From positions 160,001 through 224,000 of the forward strand of contig OZ224045.1 in the NCBI GenBank assembly GCA_963665325.3: DNA of 64,000 nucleotides, in the 5' to 3' direction. The DNA comes from Alphaproteobacteria bacterium (lineage in GTDB: Bacteria > Pseudomonadota > Alphaproteobacteria > Bin95). Positions 19,801 through 28,800 of this stretch are shown piece by piece (within the stretch, counting starts at the first letter, position 1; every line of letters starts with the position of its first letter). Below the pieces are notes generated by a model. That model saw only the letters and a list, made by a program, of their open reading frames with translations, was not told where the DNA came from and did no database searches. Both the position numbers and the translations under genes were made by a program.

Positions 19801-20884
19801 TGAACAGCAGGCGGAACAGTACCGTCAGCGCCATCTCATAGGTGCGCTCAAGCTCGGCCGGCCCGGGACTGTCGAGTTTCCGGGCCGTGGCGATTCCCTT
19901 CGCGAGGACCGGCACCACCTCATCGTAGATGCGCTCACGCAGGCGCGAGGCGAGGTCGCCGGCGAAGCGGCGCGAGCTGTCGAGGATATCTCTGAGGCTG
20001 CCCTGTGGCGCCAGGGCGTCGGCGGAGAACAGCAGCCAGAGACAGGGCAGTTGTGCGTCCGGCAGCAGCGCAGGTTGGCACTCGATATAGGTCTCGGTCC
20101 GTCCGCGCCGTCCCACGCCGGCCTCGACCGCCGTGGAGTAGAGACGGAGACGGTTGCCCTGGACCAGTATGACCCAGGCCAGATTCTCGGCGTCCGCCTT
20201 GGCAAGGGCGTAACTCACCGGGGACAGGTTGTTAAATCGGGCCGCGCCGGCTTCGGGTATCTCCGTCTCGTGCAGCATCACGGCCAGCGCCGTCCGCCCG
20301 TGCTTGCTGCGCAGCAGGTCCGTCAGGTTGTCGAGCCGTTCGATCTCGAAACCGAGCGCCGCAATCAGGTCCCGACCGCTCTTCCCGAGCGCGGCTCGGG
20401 CCTTCTGGCCGGCATCGGACCAGTCGGAGCGTCCGGGCACGCCATGCTGAAGCTCGTGCAGGGCAAGAAGCCCCTCATTGGCGATCCCCGGCAGGGCGGT
20501 TTCGAGCGATGGCAGGGCCTGGGCCAGGAACCGCAGCGCGGCGTGCCGGTCCGGTTGTCCCAGCACCTCCCGGCAGAGCCGTTCCAACTGCCCGGGATCG
20601 ATTTCGGGATAAACGGGAGGGTCCTCTCCCGAGGCACCGCAAAGCGCGGCGCCGCCCGGATACAGGACGACCAGGAGCACCGGGGCCGGACGGCCCGCCC
20701 TTCGGGCCTTCCAGGTCCCCAACAGGGCCATCCTGTTAGGTGAGGATGTGGACCTCGCAACCGCGACCTCGACCGCATGCGGGCCTTGGCCGAGGAACAG
20801 TCCCTCGGGGCGAAATCCGAATTTCGCCTCCGGCGCCCACGGACGCCTTGTCTCGTCGGCGAGAAATCCTGCCTCGGATGCCAC
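16820..20884 (-). CDS. Type IIG/Eco57I-like N6-adenine DNA methyltransferase
   Basis: YNGGLF, FGTIYEGLLE, SGSYYT, DIAMGSGHFL, FDVILGNPPW; stop abuts helicase start (TGAATG). Confidence 0.92.
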   Translation of the reverse strand: MASEAGFLADETRRPWAPEAKFGFRPEGLFLGQGPHAVEVAVARSTSSPNRMALLGTWKARRAGRPAPVLLVVLYPGGAALCGASGEDPPVYPEIDPGQLERLCREVLGQPDRHAALRFLAQALPSLETALPGIANEGLLALHELQHGVPGRSDWSDAGQKARAALGKSGRDLIAALGFEIERLDNLTDLLRSKHGRTALAVMLHETEIPEAGAARFNNLSPVSYALAKADAENLAWVILVQGNRLRLYSTAVEAGVGRRGRTETYIECQPALLPDAQLPCLWLLFSADALAPQGSLRDILDSSRRFAGDLASRLRERIYDEVVPVLAKGIATARKLDSPGPAELERTYEMALTVLFRLLFIAYAEDRDLLPYRFSEAYRRRSLKQKAQELADCVVKGVEIAQGSSHWQEVALLWQAVAAGNREWSVPAYNGGLFSDDPGVSPAGADLVRLELPNAIFETALRALLVIETGDGVPGPVDFRSLGVREFGTIYEGLLESELALAAGDLALDKKGRYSPARPGWPVMVKKGEVYLHNRSGARKSSGSYYTKPFAVEHLLDGALEPALAEHFARLDDMDSASAAEAFFDFRVADIAMGSGHFLVAAIDRIEKGMADFLTRRDLPGVRRELATLRGVALGELGELAEATAIEDGQLLRRMIARRCIYGVDVNALSVQLARLAIWIHTFVPGLPLSVLDHTLVYGNALVGVGTIEDIRKRLEDEAPGTLFAVDAESLLGEAARPLNRLANLNDATLRDVADAREAIREAHQAIRSTEALCDLMTAAPISTDEKVANFLFERWEKEKEDQETLEAVRSARQDLSNLHVLHFPVAFPEVFLRERPGFDVILGNPPWQEATLEEHAFWARHFPGLRGLPSREREAEQARLRKQRPDLVRAYDAELAETDRVRKVLVGGGYPGMGTGDPDLYKAFCWRFWHLSATEGGRIGVVLPRSALAAKGSTEFRHIVFGNCASLDVDMLLNRGGWVFDEAEHRYTIGLVCISHGEPEGESIRLRGPFASLSSFRNGRARPAAAFESSQVLAWNDSASLPLLPSEDSVEVFAQLRRAPRLDLNEEGQWRARPDREMDATQQKWLMDVASPVCPDGYWPVYKGESFDIWNPDTGTYYAWADPDPALDWIQRKRIRAGRSSRDSAHREFLLTNLRENPSPMAYLEDRNTLPSFGPRVAFRDVSRSTDTRTVRAALLPPEIFVTNKGPYFLWPRGDKQDQAFLLGVLSSIPLDWYARRFVEVSVNFFIINPFPIPRPVRDDLRWQRVVALAGRLACPDDRFADWADAVGVECGPLAAIEKDDMIHELDALVAHLYDLNESQLVHVFETFHEGWDYQDRLDAVLRHYRSWTGRR

Positions 20885-21036
20885 GACGTCCCCTCTCCTA
20901 CCCCGTCGTTACGAACCGCGCAGGATAGTCGCTTTTCAGAAGACCCGGTCGCTTCGACCGGTGCTTTCCCCAGAAAAGTCTCTGTCGTGCCCCGACACCA
21001 AGACAGACGAAGGTATTGGCGGCCCGCGCCTTGGCA

Positions 21037-21999
21037 TCACGCCGCCGCCGTGTCCTTTGGAGGCTTGCCCTCGAGCGGGTGGCCCTTGGCATGGTTGTCG
21101 AGCATCTTGTTGAAGGTCTGGTTGGCCCAGCCCTTTCCGAATTTGTCTCCGGCAGCGATCATGTCGGTCGCCTCGTCGTGCAGCCGGTCCAGAATCCGGC
21201 CCAGGGCCTCTTCCGTCAGCACCTTGCGCTTCGCACGACTCCTGCAATAGAGATCGTCCAGCTTTTGGGCGATTTCCGCCATCTCCTCGATATCGAAGAC
21301 GAGAAACTTCACGTCCGGCGGTTCCGGCTCCCCGTTCGCTGCCGCCTGTATCTTCAGCGCTTCGCGGTCCTCCTGGGCTTTTGAGAGCGCGGCACGCTGC
21401 CACCCGTTGCTCTGGTCCAGGCCGTGCCGGCTGACCATGAGGCAATAGATGCGCGGGCGGCCGGTTTCCGCTTTCACATGTTTCTCGGCACTGTCCCACT
21501 GCGTGTCGATATCGGTTTCTCTCAAATGGCGTATCGTGGTGACCTCGGCCAGAATGACGAATTCCTCAAAGTCCGCACGGACATCGGGATTATCCTGCGG
21601 GGCGGCATAGTAGGGAAATGCCCTCCCCCCCTCGACATACGTGCGGCAGGGACAGCGGGTCTTCTTCGGGCTGTCCAGGACACTGAGGAACAGGCCCGCA
21701 ATGAGTTCCAGCCCAACCGCCTTGGCAACGACCCGGAACTCCTTCACCGACTTCGCGTAGTCGGTCTCCGGCTCGTCCCCGGCATCGTGGTTTTCCTTTG
21801 CAAGAGCCTTCAGATGACGCAGCGCGGCAGCGGAATCGAACCCAATGCGCGGATAGATCTCTTGTCTGTCCACGGTGTAGTTTTCATCCAGAAGGTGTCG
21901 CGCCGCCCGGGCCAGGGTTCCGGGCCTGACCTTTCGAGTCGGTCTGGGAAATTCGACTTCCGGGTCGGCGCCTACCACGATGCGCGCCGTCAGGGTCAC
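21037..21999 (-). CDS. Putative PD-(D/E)xK-type nuclease resembling the AlwI/BspD6I catalytic domain
   Basis: PYYAAPQDNPDVRADFEEFVILAEVTT..SAEKHV; GGAGG-8 nt-GTG start overlapping upstream TGA (GTGA). Confidence 0.55.
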   Translation of the reverse strand: MTLTARIVVGADPEVEFPRPTRKVRPGTLARAARHLLDENYTVDRQEIYPRIGFDSAAALRHLKALAKENHDAGDEPETDYAKSVKEFRVVAKAVGLELIAGLFLSVLDSPKKTRCPCRTYVEGGRAFPYYAAPQDNPDVRADFEEFVILAEVTTIRHLRETDIDTQWDSAEKHVKAETGRPRIYCLMVSRHGLDQSNGWQRAALSKAQEDREALKIQAAANGEPEPPDVKFLVFDIEEMAEIAQKLDDLYCRSRAKRKVLTEEALGRILDRLHDEATDMIAAGDKFGKGWANQTFNKMLDNHAKGHPLEGKPPKDTAAA

Positions 22000-22871
22000 G
22001 TACCGGTCCTCCGCCGCCACCGTGTCTCGCGTCGACGACGCTTCTTCAGATCCGGCGCCGGGTAGAGCCACTGCAGGCCGCCGGGAAAGCCGTGAGGCAC
22101 GAGCACGCCGGCGTCGCAAAGCATGAGCACGGTCGAGCGGGCGGCCGGGATCTTGCTCGTCGGATCGTCCTCCTTGTGGTGCTCCAGCAGCCACTCCGCC
22201 GCCGCATCGGCCATGACGAGGGCCGCATATTCGATGCCGCCTTCGCCGACATCGAGCCCGACCACGGCGTTTTCGCGCACCGCCATGACCTCCGCGCCGA
22301 ATTCCCAGTATTCATGAGCCTTGTCCAGGTTCGCCATCCAGAAATGGAGCCGCATGAACTCGGCCAGGCACAGCCCCCGCCGGAAGCGTGCCGAATGCGG
22401 CTGCTTCACGCGCTCCGGCGGCCGCCCACGCAGGTACTCGAAGGTGTCGTACAGGTCCGAGACGACAGAGCGCTTCCTGTCGTCCCTTCCCCGGACGCCG
22501 TATCTGTCCGCCACTCTCCGTCGCAGCCATGCCCGGTTCTCGATCAGCGCCAACTGCTCCAGCGTGATCCTCCCGTTCTCGTCGAACAGTTCCAGATGCT
22601 GCATCTGTTCGAGGCAGTCCTCCGCCATGGCGCGCAAGGTGGTGGCGCGGTCCGGCCTTGCCAGATTGCCCTCCTCGTCCTCTTTCGGCGCCCCCAGCAC
22701 CCCCAGGCCCTCCAGATGGCCGTCGCTCAGGGCCTCCTTTCGGATCGCGGCCTCCAGCATCTCGATGGCGTTCGGCCCGGTCGCGCCGCTGTCGGCCAGA
22801 TGCCGGGCGGCCGCCGGCAGGAAGAAAAGTTCCTGCTGCACGGCGGCCAGGAACGGCTCCTTGTCATCCAT
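21996..22871 (-). CDS. Hypothetical protein (291 aa), possible DNA-binding partner of downstream nuclease
   Basis: GAGAGGA RBS, start overlaps end of second transposase gene, stop overlaps next start. Confidence 0.7.
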   Translation of the reverse strand: MDDKEPFLAAVQQELFFLPAAARHLADSGATGPNAIEMLEAAIRKEALSDGHLEGLGVLGAPKEDEEGNLARPDRATTLRAMAEDCLEQMQHLELFDENGRITLEQLALIENRAWLRRRVADRYGVRGRDDRKRSVVSDLYDTFEYLRGRPPERVKQPHSARFRRGLCLAEFMRLHFWMANLDKAHEYWEFGAEVMAVRENAVVGLDVGEGGIEYAALVMADAAAEWLLEHHKEDDPTSKIPAARSTVLMLCDAGVLVPHGFPGGLQWLYPAPDLKKRRRRETRWRRRTGT

Positions 22872-24860
22872 TGCCAATCCTCTCGGTCAGCTCGCCGGCC
22901 TCTTGCCAGCCCAGGCGAGCGCGCAGGCGCCGGGCGATGTTGAAGCCCGTTTTCACGTCCTGCTCGCGCATCAGGCCCAGAATACGGGCCGGAAGCAGCT
23001 CCGGGGCGCCCCAGGGGCGGTCGTAGTTGGTGGTGAAACAGGACAGCCATATCCCGCTTATCGCCGGGCGCAGGCTTTCCGAGGATTCGGTGTAACTGGG
23101 GTTGCTGTCCGCGCGGAATCGGGGCCGCCGGGCGGCCGGAGCTCGCCTGCGCATGGCCTGGATTGCCGAATCCACCGATTGCAGGTTTGCATAGCGCAGG
23201 AAGGTGTTGACCTCGCCCTCGGGCGGCCAGTCCCGATCCGGGCCCTGCGACAGCCACAACAGCGCCGTGTGGAGGCCGGGACGGGGCGGGAAGAGCATCC
23301 ATCCCCATTTGCCGGCATCCGACCAGGCGCCCTCCATCACCTGCTTGAAGAGGCGCGCCTTCGCTGCTGCGACATCCACAGGGTTTGCCGCCCAGTGATT
23401 GAGCCCGGCCGCTTCCAACTCTTTCTTGAGTTGCTGTTTCCAGTCATTCGCGATCTGCCCCTTCCGGGCTTCCCACGCCTTGTTCCGGTCGCCACCCGGC
23501 GCCTTCTTGACCTTCTTCGTTTGCACGACCGCGATCTCGACGCGGCGGACGGGGAGCTTTGCGTCCTCATTCGGCGGTGTGTCCCAGGCCAAAGGTCCGG
23601 GAGGCTTCCGCATGTCATCGGCGAAGACGGCGGCGACGCTCCTGTAGGCTGTTTTCTCCCCGTCCATGCAAAAGGTGACCTGCCTGAACCGGCGCGTCAG
23701 TTCCCTGACCACCATGAAATGCGCGAGTTCCGAATAGTCGCGGCGCATGAACATGCCGCCGGCGCCGAGATAGGACGTCTCCCGGGTTCTCCTGCCTTCA
23801 TTGTTTTCTTCCTGCCCCTCCTGCGTCTTCTTCCTCGTCCCGTAGGAGGTGTCGAAGTGGTAGAGATGATCGAACCGCCGCCCTTCCAGGGGCAGCTGGA
23901 GGTCCTCTTCGCTTTCCCACAGGTCCTTGTTGAGGTTGGTCACCGGCCTGTCTTTCCGGTGGAAGACCGCACAGGGATGGGCGGCGAGCACGAACCATGT
24001 GGCGGGCTTGTGGATGCGCATCACGGTCATCGCCACCGGAAGCAGGTTCTGGCGCTTCTCATGAGCCGCCGTCGGTGTCCTGAGGGATACGCTCATCGTG
24101 TCGAACCTGAGAGTGGCGATCCCGTTGAACGGACTGTCATCCGGGCCGGGTTCTTTCCTGTCATTCGCATTCATGAACAGGCGGCGGAGCCGCTTCAGGT
24201 AGCCAGGCGCCATCAGGCCGGCATTGCAGTAGCTGTGATAGTCCCGGATCTGCCGCCCCACGCACGAAAGCATGCCCTGGTAGTGCTGAAATTCGACGGT
24301 GGGGTCTTCGAGAAGCACCATCGAGGTGCGCATGCCCAGGCCGACGCGCACATGCTTGAAGATCGTCGCCAGGCGGCGATCCATGGCATCGCGGTCCTCC
24401 GGCTTGTCGTCCAGATTGAAGGCCTCGCCGAGTGTGATCCCCGACCGGCATTTGCGACACCGGAGCCGATTGAAGTCCTTCCCGCTGTTCCGCCGGTAGC
24501 ACTCCCGATGCTCGAAGGCATTGATGCCGTAATTCTCGCAATCCTCCTTGGGGCAGGCGGCGAACGGGATGCTCTGGCTCTTGAACCAGACATAGGCAGC
24601 CCGCAGCGACCGGTTCGACAGCAGCGCGCGGTCAACCCGCAGCTATTGCACCGGTAGCGATGGGCGTCCCCGGAGAAAGCGGCGGGAACGATGGTGTAGC
24701 GGTCGGCATAGGCATCCATGTCCGGGGCTGGCCCGAAATTCGGACACATCGGATTGCGGCAGAAATTGGCGTTGAAGGTGAACCCCCGGCTGACCTGCGG
24801 GAACGGGATCGGTTCGAATACCCTGAGATGAACCTCTTGCATGCCTCCGACCGTCTTCAC
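22864..24860 (-). pseudogene. Second, divergent zinc-finger transposase paralogue with one frameshift
   Basis: CRNPMCPNFG..CNSC in ORF 24213-24860, then in the -1 frame LLSNRSL..CPKEDCENYG..EHRECY..CRKC running into ORF 22864-24384 (LRFDT, FCMDGE, VDSAIQAMRR, LPARILGL); shift between 24625 and 24638. Confidence 0.8.
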
Positions 24861-24903
24861 GGCTGGGGCGGCCCGGGAACCGCCCGTCCCGGAATAGCAA
24901 CGG

Positions 24904-24922
24904 GAAGGAATTTCCTTGTCAA
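24904..24922 (-). promoter_or_regulatory. Subterminal repeat / -35 region of right transposase operon
   Basis: TTGACAAGGAAATTCCTTC on minus matches 6292-6310 TTGACACAGAAATTCCTTC at 17/19; followed by GCTATT. Confidence 0.6.
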
Positions 24923-25094
24923 GCAGACCGGTTCATGGGCGCGGCAGGGAATCCCGGTCAGGGTCCGAAAATCGGGCTATACACTGGTGATCACGGACGA
25001 AATGACCCATCCGGCAAAACAAAACGGTCTGGAAATCATTGAAATATAGGAATTCACAGGATTCTGGAGGTGACACAATTTTTTCATCGGCTAT

Positions 25095-25103
25095 GGCGGA
25101 TGG
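25095..25103 (+). repeat. 9-bp target-site duplication copy 2
   Basis: GGCGGATGG separating right TIR of element 1 from left TIR of element 2. Confidence 0.9.
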
Positions 25104-25140
25104 AAAGCCGATCCGCTTTTTGTGGGATCTCCTCGTGTCC

Positions 25141-25153
25141 TAACCCGTTGATA
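25141..25153 (-). promoter_or_regulatory. IHF-consensus site near left end of element 2
   Basis: TATCAACGGGTTA on minus fits WATCAANNNNTTR exactly. Confidence 0.5.
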
Positions 25154-25437
25154 ATTGGGATTACCTCTTTCGCCTGCCCGCAGTTTCCGGGGCCTATGTG
25201 CCAACGGGTCAACTGAAGGCAGGCCTAACCCTTCCGAGCAAGGGAATTTTGTCGGAACAGAGAGGCGGGCGTTGGTGCCTCGCGTGACGGCGCTCGTAGG
25301 CCCGGCGATGGATTGCGGCACCAGTGCGGACCGGCGGCAATCGGGGGATTGAGCGCGAAGCGCGTTGATCCCGACCGCCGAATCGCGGCACGACGTGGGG
25401 ACAGCAAGGCCGAAATCCGCAAAACATGGGAGCGACC

Positions 25438-25722
25438 ATGACTAAGGTGCCGACCGTGACGGAATGTTCCGATGGAAGATCACAAGAGCGTCAAGTGTCA
25501 TCAGTGGAGGCTATAGCTTCGCGATCCCGCGGATACGTGACGTTGAAGATTGGTCAGCCACACCCCGTGGAACGTGATGCCGACGGCCGTCCGACGGACG
25601 ACGACCCGACAGAATGGGTCCTGTCCCTTCCGGCGGCGGCAATGCTGTGTCAGTCCCTGGAAGCGGCGCTGCGAGCATGCTGGCTGGAACCTCATTCGAC
25701 AAAGAAATCTCCCTCCCAATGA
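25438..25722 (+). CDS. Small hypothetical protein
   Basis: GGGAG RBS, MTKVPTVTECSDG...; no family recognised. Confidence 0.5.
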   Translation: MTKVPTVTECSDGRSQERQVSSVEAIASRSRGYVTLKIGQPHPVERDADGRPTDDDPTEWVLSLPAAAMLCQSLEAALRACWLEPHSTKKSPSQ

Positions 25723-25889
25723 CGATTTTCGGCGGCTGCCGCCTTCCTCATCTCTGCGCCATTGCGGCTCTCGCCCTGTCGCCTCTTTCATTGGGGCTCC
25801 CTGGCCGGGGCGGCCGGTACCTCGAGTAGCGGAAGCAAGCGCCGGGAAACCCGATGGCGGGCGGGCCTGGAGAGACGGGGGTATCCCAG

Positions 25890-28800
25890 ATGCAGTTCGT
25901 GAGGAGCGGTCCAGACGTTCCCGAACGTCTGTTGCAGGCCCACGAAGATGAACGTGTGGTTTTCTTCTGCGGGGCGGGAATATCCCGTCCGGCGGGCCTG
26001 CCAGACTTCAAGGGACTGGTTGAACAGCTTTACAAGCCGGAGCAAATGGAGCCAGACGTCAACGCCGTTCTCGACGACGCCATCAAGGCCAATCAATACG
26101 ACAAAGCGGTCCATCTGCTCGACGAGCACCGGGCCGACGGTCGGGCGACAGTGCGTCAAGAGATGGCGAGAATTCTGCTCAAACCGGACTGTCCCGATGA
26201 TGCGGTCCGCACCCATCGCGCCCTGCTTTCCTTGGGCAGAAGCCGAGATGGCCGCACCCGCCTGGTCACGACGAATTTCGACCGGCTGTTCGAACGGGCA
26301 ATATCGCTTGACGGCCTTTCGACGAAGCGCTTCGAAGCGCCAGCGCTTCCGGTCCCTAAGCAGCGCTGGGACGGGTTGGTCTATCTCCACGGGTTGCTGC
26401 CGGACGGACCCGGCGACAGCGAACTGGAAGATATCGTCGTATCGAGCGGCGATTTCGGCCTCGCCTATCTCGACGAGGGCTGGGCGGCGCGCTTCGTCAG
26501 CGCGCTGTTCCGCGAATTCACCGTGTGTTTCGTCGGATACAGTATCGAAGACCCGGTCTTGCGCTACCTAGTTGACGCTCTCGCGGCGGACCGGTTGAGG
26601 GGTGAAGATCCGAGCGAAGTATTCGCATTCGGAGACTACTGCGAGAAAGAGGACGCCGCCCGGGCCGGGCGCGAATGGCGCGCCAAGAACGTCACGCCCA
26701 TCCTTTACCGGGATCGCGAAGAGCATGCCGCCCTGCACGATACACTTCGCGAATGGGCCGACATTTATCGTGACGGCATGCGTGGCAAGGAAAGGATCGT
26801 CGAGAGGGAGGCTCGGGGGAATCCGGCAGCGGTTACGAATGACGACAATTTCGTCGGCCGCATCCGATGGGCCCTAAGCGAACCGGGTAGCCTCCCCGCT
26901 AAGCGGTTCGCGGAGATGGACCCGCCTCCTCCCCTGGACTGGCTCGACCACCTTGAGGACATGGTCTTCCTGGCGGGTCCCGGGGCGCCGGAGGACAGTC
27001 AGGATCGGGTAAAGGGTCATCTGACCCACTGGCTTACCCGTCATCTCAACGACCACAAGCTGCTTCTCCGGCTGGCGTCGCCGGGCGGAAAGCCGCACTG
27101 GCTGATGGCCGAGATGATAGCCCGCCGGTTGCAGGAGTCTCCGGACGCCGTGCCGGATCCGCTGATGCGTAAATTGTGGGGGCTTGTTATCGCCGGCCGG
27201 GTAAAGGGTAATCCATCGTCAGGACTGGTTCTCATCCATGATTGGGGGAAACGGTTCGCGAGGGAAGGGCTGACGACCGCATTGCGGCTGGAGTTGCGCG
27301 AAATTCTGGCTCCCTGTGTGTCTCTGAGCGCCGCTCGTCACAACCGGAAATCCTTGTCCGCGCTATTGGCGGCACCCGATGGCGAGGGGACGGCTGCGCC
27401 GGAGCCGGACGACGCCGAGGGCGGGATACCGGAGGGCCTTCAACACCTTCTCGAGCCGACAAGGGACTTCGTTCTCGCAACCGGCAGCGTGCATGGTCCG
27501 TTGCGCCGTCTAGCGGAGAGCGAGAATTGGAGAGCCGCCCTGCCGGCATTGCTCGACGACTTCACGGGCCTCCTTCGGGACGCCCTCGACCTGATGCGCG
27601 ACATCGGCATTGCGGACGACCGGCGTGATCTGTCCGTCAGCACCCGTCCCTCGATATCCGAACATCCGCAAAACCGGGACTTTTACGACTGGACGGCCCT
27701 GATCGAGTTGAACCGGGACGCCTGGCTGGCCGCCGCCGAATGCTCGCCCGAACACGCCCTGGCCGCGGCGGAAGGCTGGATGCGGATCCCCTACCCCGTC
27801 TTCCGCCGCCTGGCGTTCTTCGCTGCCGCGCGGCAGCCGGGGCCCGTTGCGCCCGCCTCGGGGCTGGACTGGCTTCTCCGCAACGACGGCCGGTGTCTGT
27901 GGGACCGCAATGTCAAACGAGAGGTCTGCCGCCTTATTGTTGCCCTGTCTCCCGCCCTGTGCGCCGCCGGGATGGACAGGTTGGAACAGGCTGTGCTCGC
28001 TGGCCCTCCGCGTCGCATGTATCCCCCCGACCTTGAAGAGGAAGACTGGACCCGCAGAAGGCAGCACGATATCGGGGTACGGCTCGTCAGAATGGATCGG
28101 GATGCGTTGAGCGCTGGCGCCCAGGGCATTCTGGACGATTTGTCCGCAACGCATCCCGATCTGGAAGACGAGAGAGAGGAATTTTGCTCTTGGCACTTCG
28201 AAGGACCGGTCAGAGTTGACAAACCGATACTCACCCCCACGGCTGAGGGCGCCCTTGTCGACTGGCTCCGCGACAATCCCGGCGACAGCGACCCGTGGGC
28301 GGAAGAGACGGACGACTGGCGGTGGCGCTGCCGTGTCGACTTCGATACCGCAGCGGCGGCGTTGAAGACCCTGGCAGGGGAAGAAACTTGGCATCCGGCA
28401 CGCTGGGGCACGGCCCTGGGCGCCTGGTCGGACAAGGAACTTCTGACGCGGTCCTGGGAGGACATGGGTCCGGTGCTGAAGCGCATGCCCCAGGAAAGGC
28501 TGCAGGAGATCCCCGATGCGGTGAGTCCTTGGCTGCTAATGCTCGCCCCGGACTTCGACAACCACGAAGATACGTTCCTGTTCCTGTGCGAGCGCTTGTT
28601 GGCACTGGAGTATAAGGATGAGAGCGCGGGCGACGACCCGGTGGACGATGCGATCAACCATTCCGTGGGGAAGACGACGGAGGCGCTGCTGCGCTGGTGG
28701 TACCGGGGAGACCTCAAGAACGGTCAAGGCCTAGAGGCCCGGCTAAGGTCGATATTCGTGAAGCTCTGCGAGCGGGAGAAACGGCATTTACGCCATGGCC

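Larger units (their letters stand above)
6219..25094. mobile_element. 18.9-kb cargo transposon (element 1) at the tRNA-Ser 3' target sequence
   Basis: Perfect 24-bp TIR ATAGCCGATGAAAAAATTGTGTCA (6219-6242 / 25071-25094), 9-bp flanking direct repeat, transposase-like genes at both ends. Confidence 0.92.

Noticed and set aside
21037-22871. One gene broken by a frameshift
   Set aside because: A GGAGG-spaced GTG overlapping the upstream TGA indicates two coupled genes.
22321-24657. 778-aa plus-strand ORF and similar long antisense ORFs (6287-8176, 13640-15643, 18839-20743, 58063-59685, 61187-62833)
   Set aside because: Shadow frames of real genes in high-GC DNA, with no recognisable motifs.
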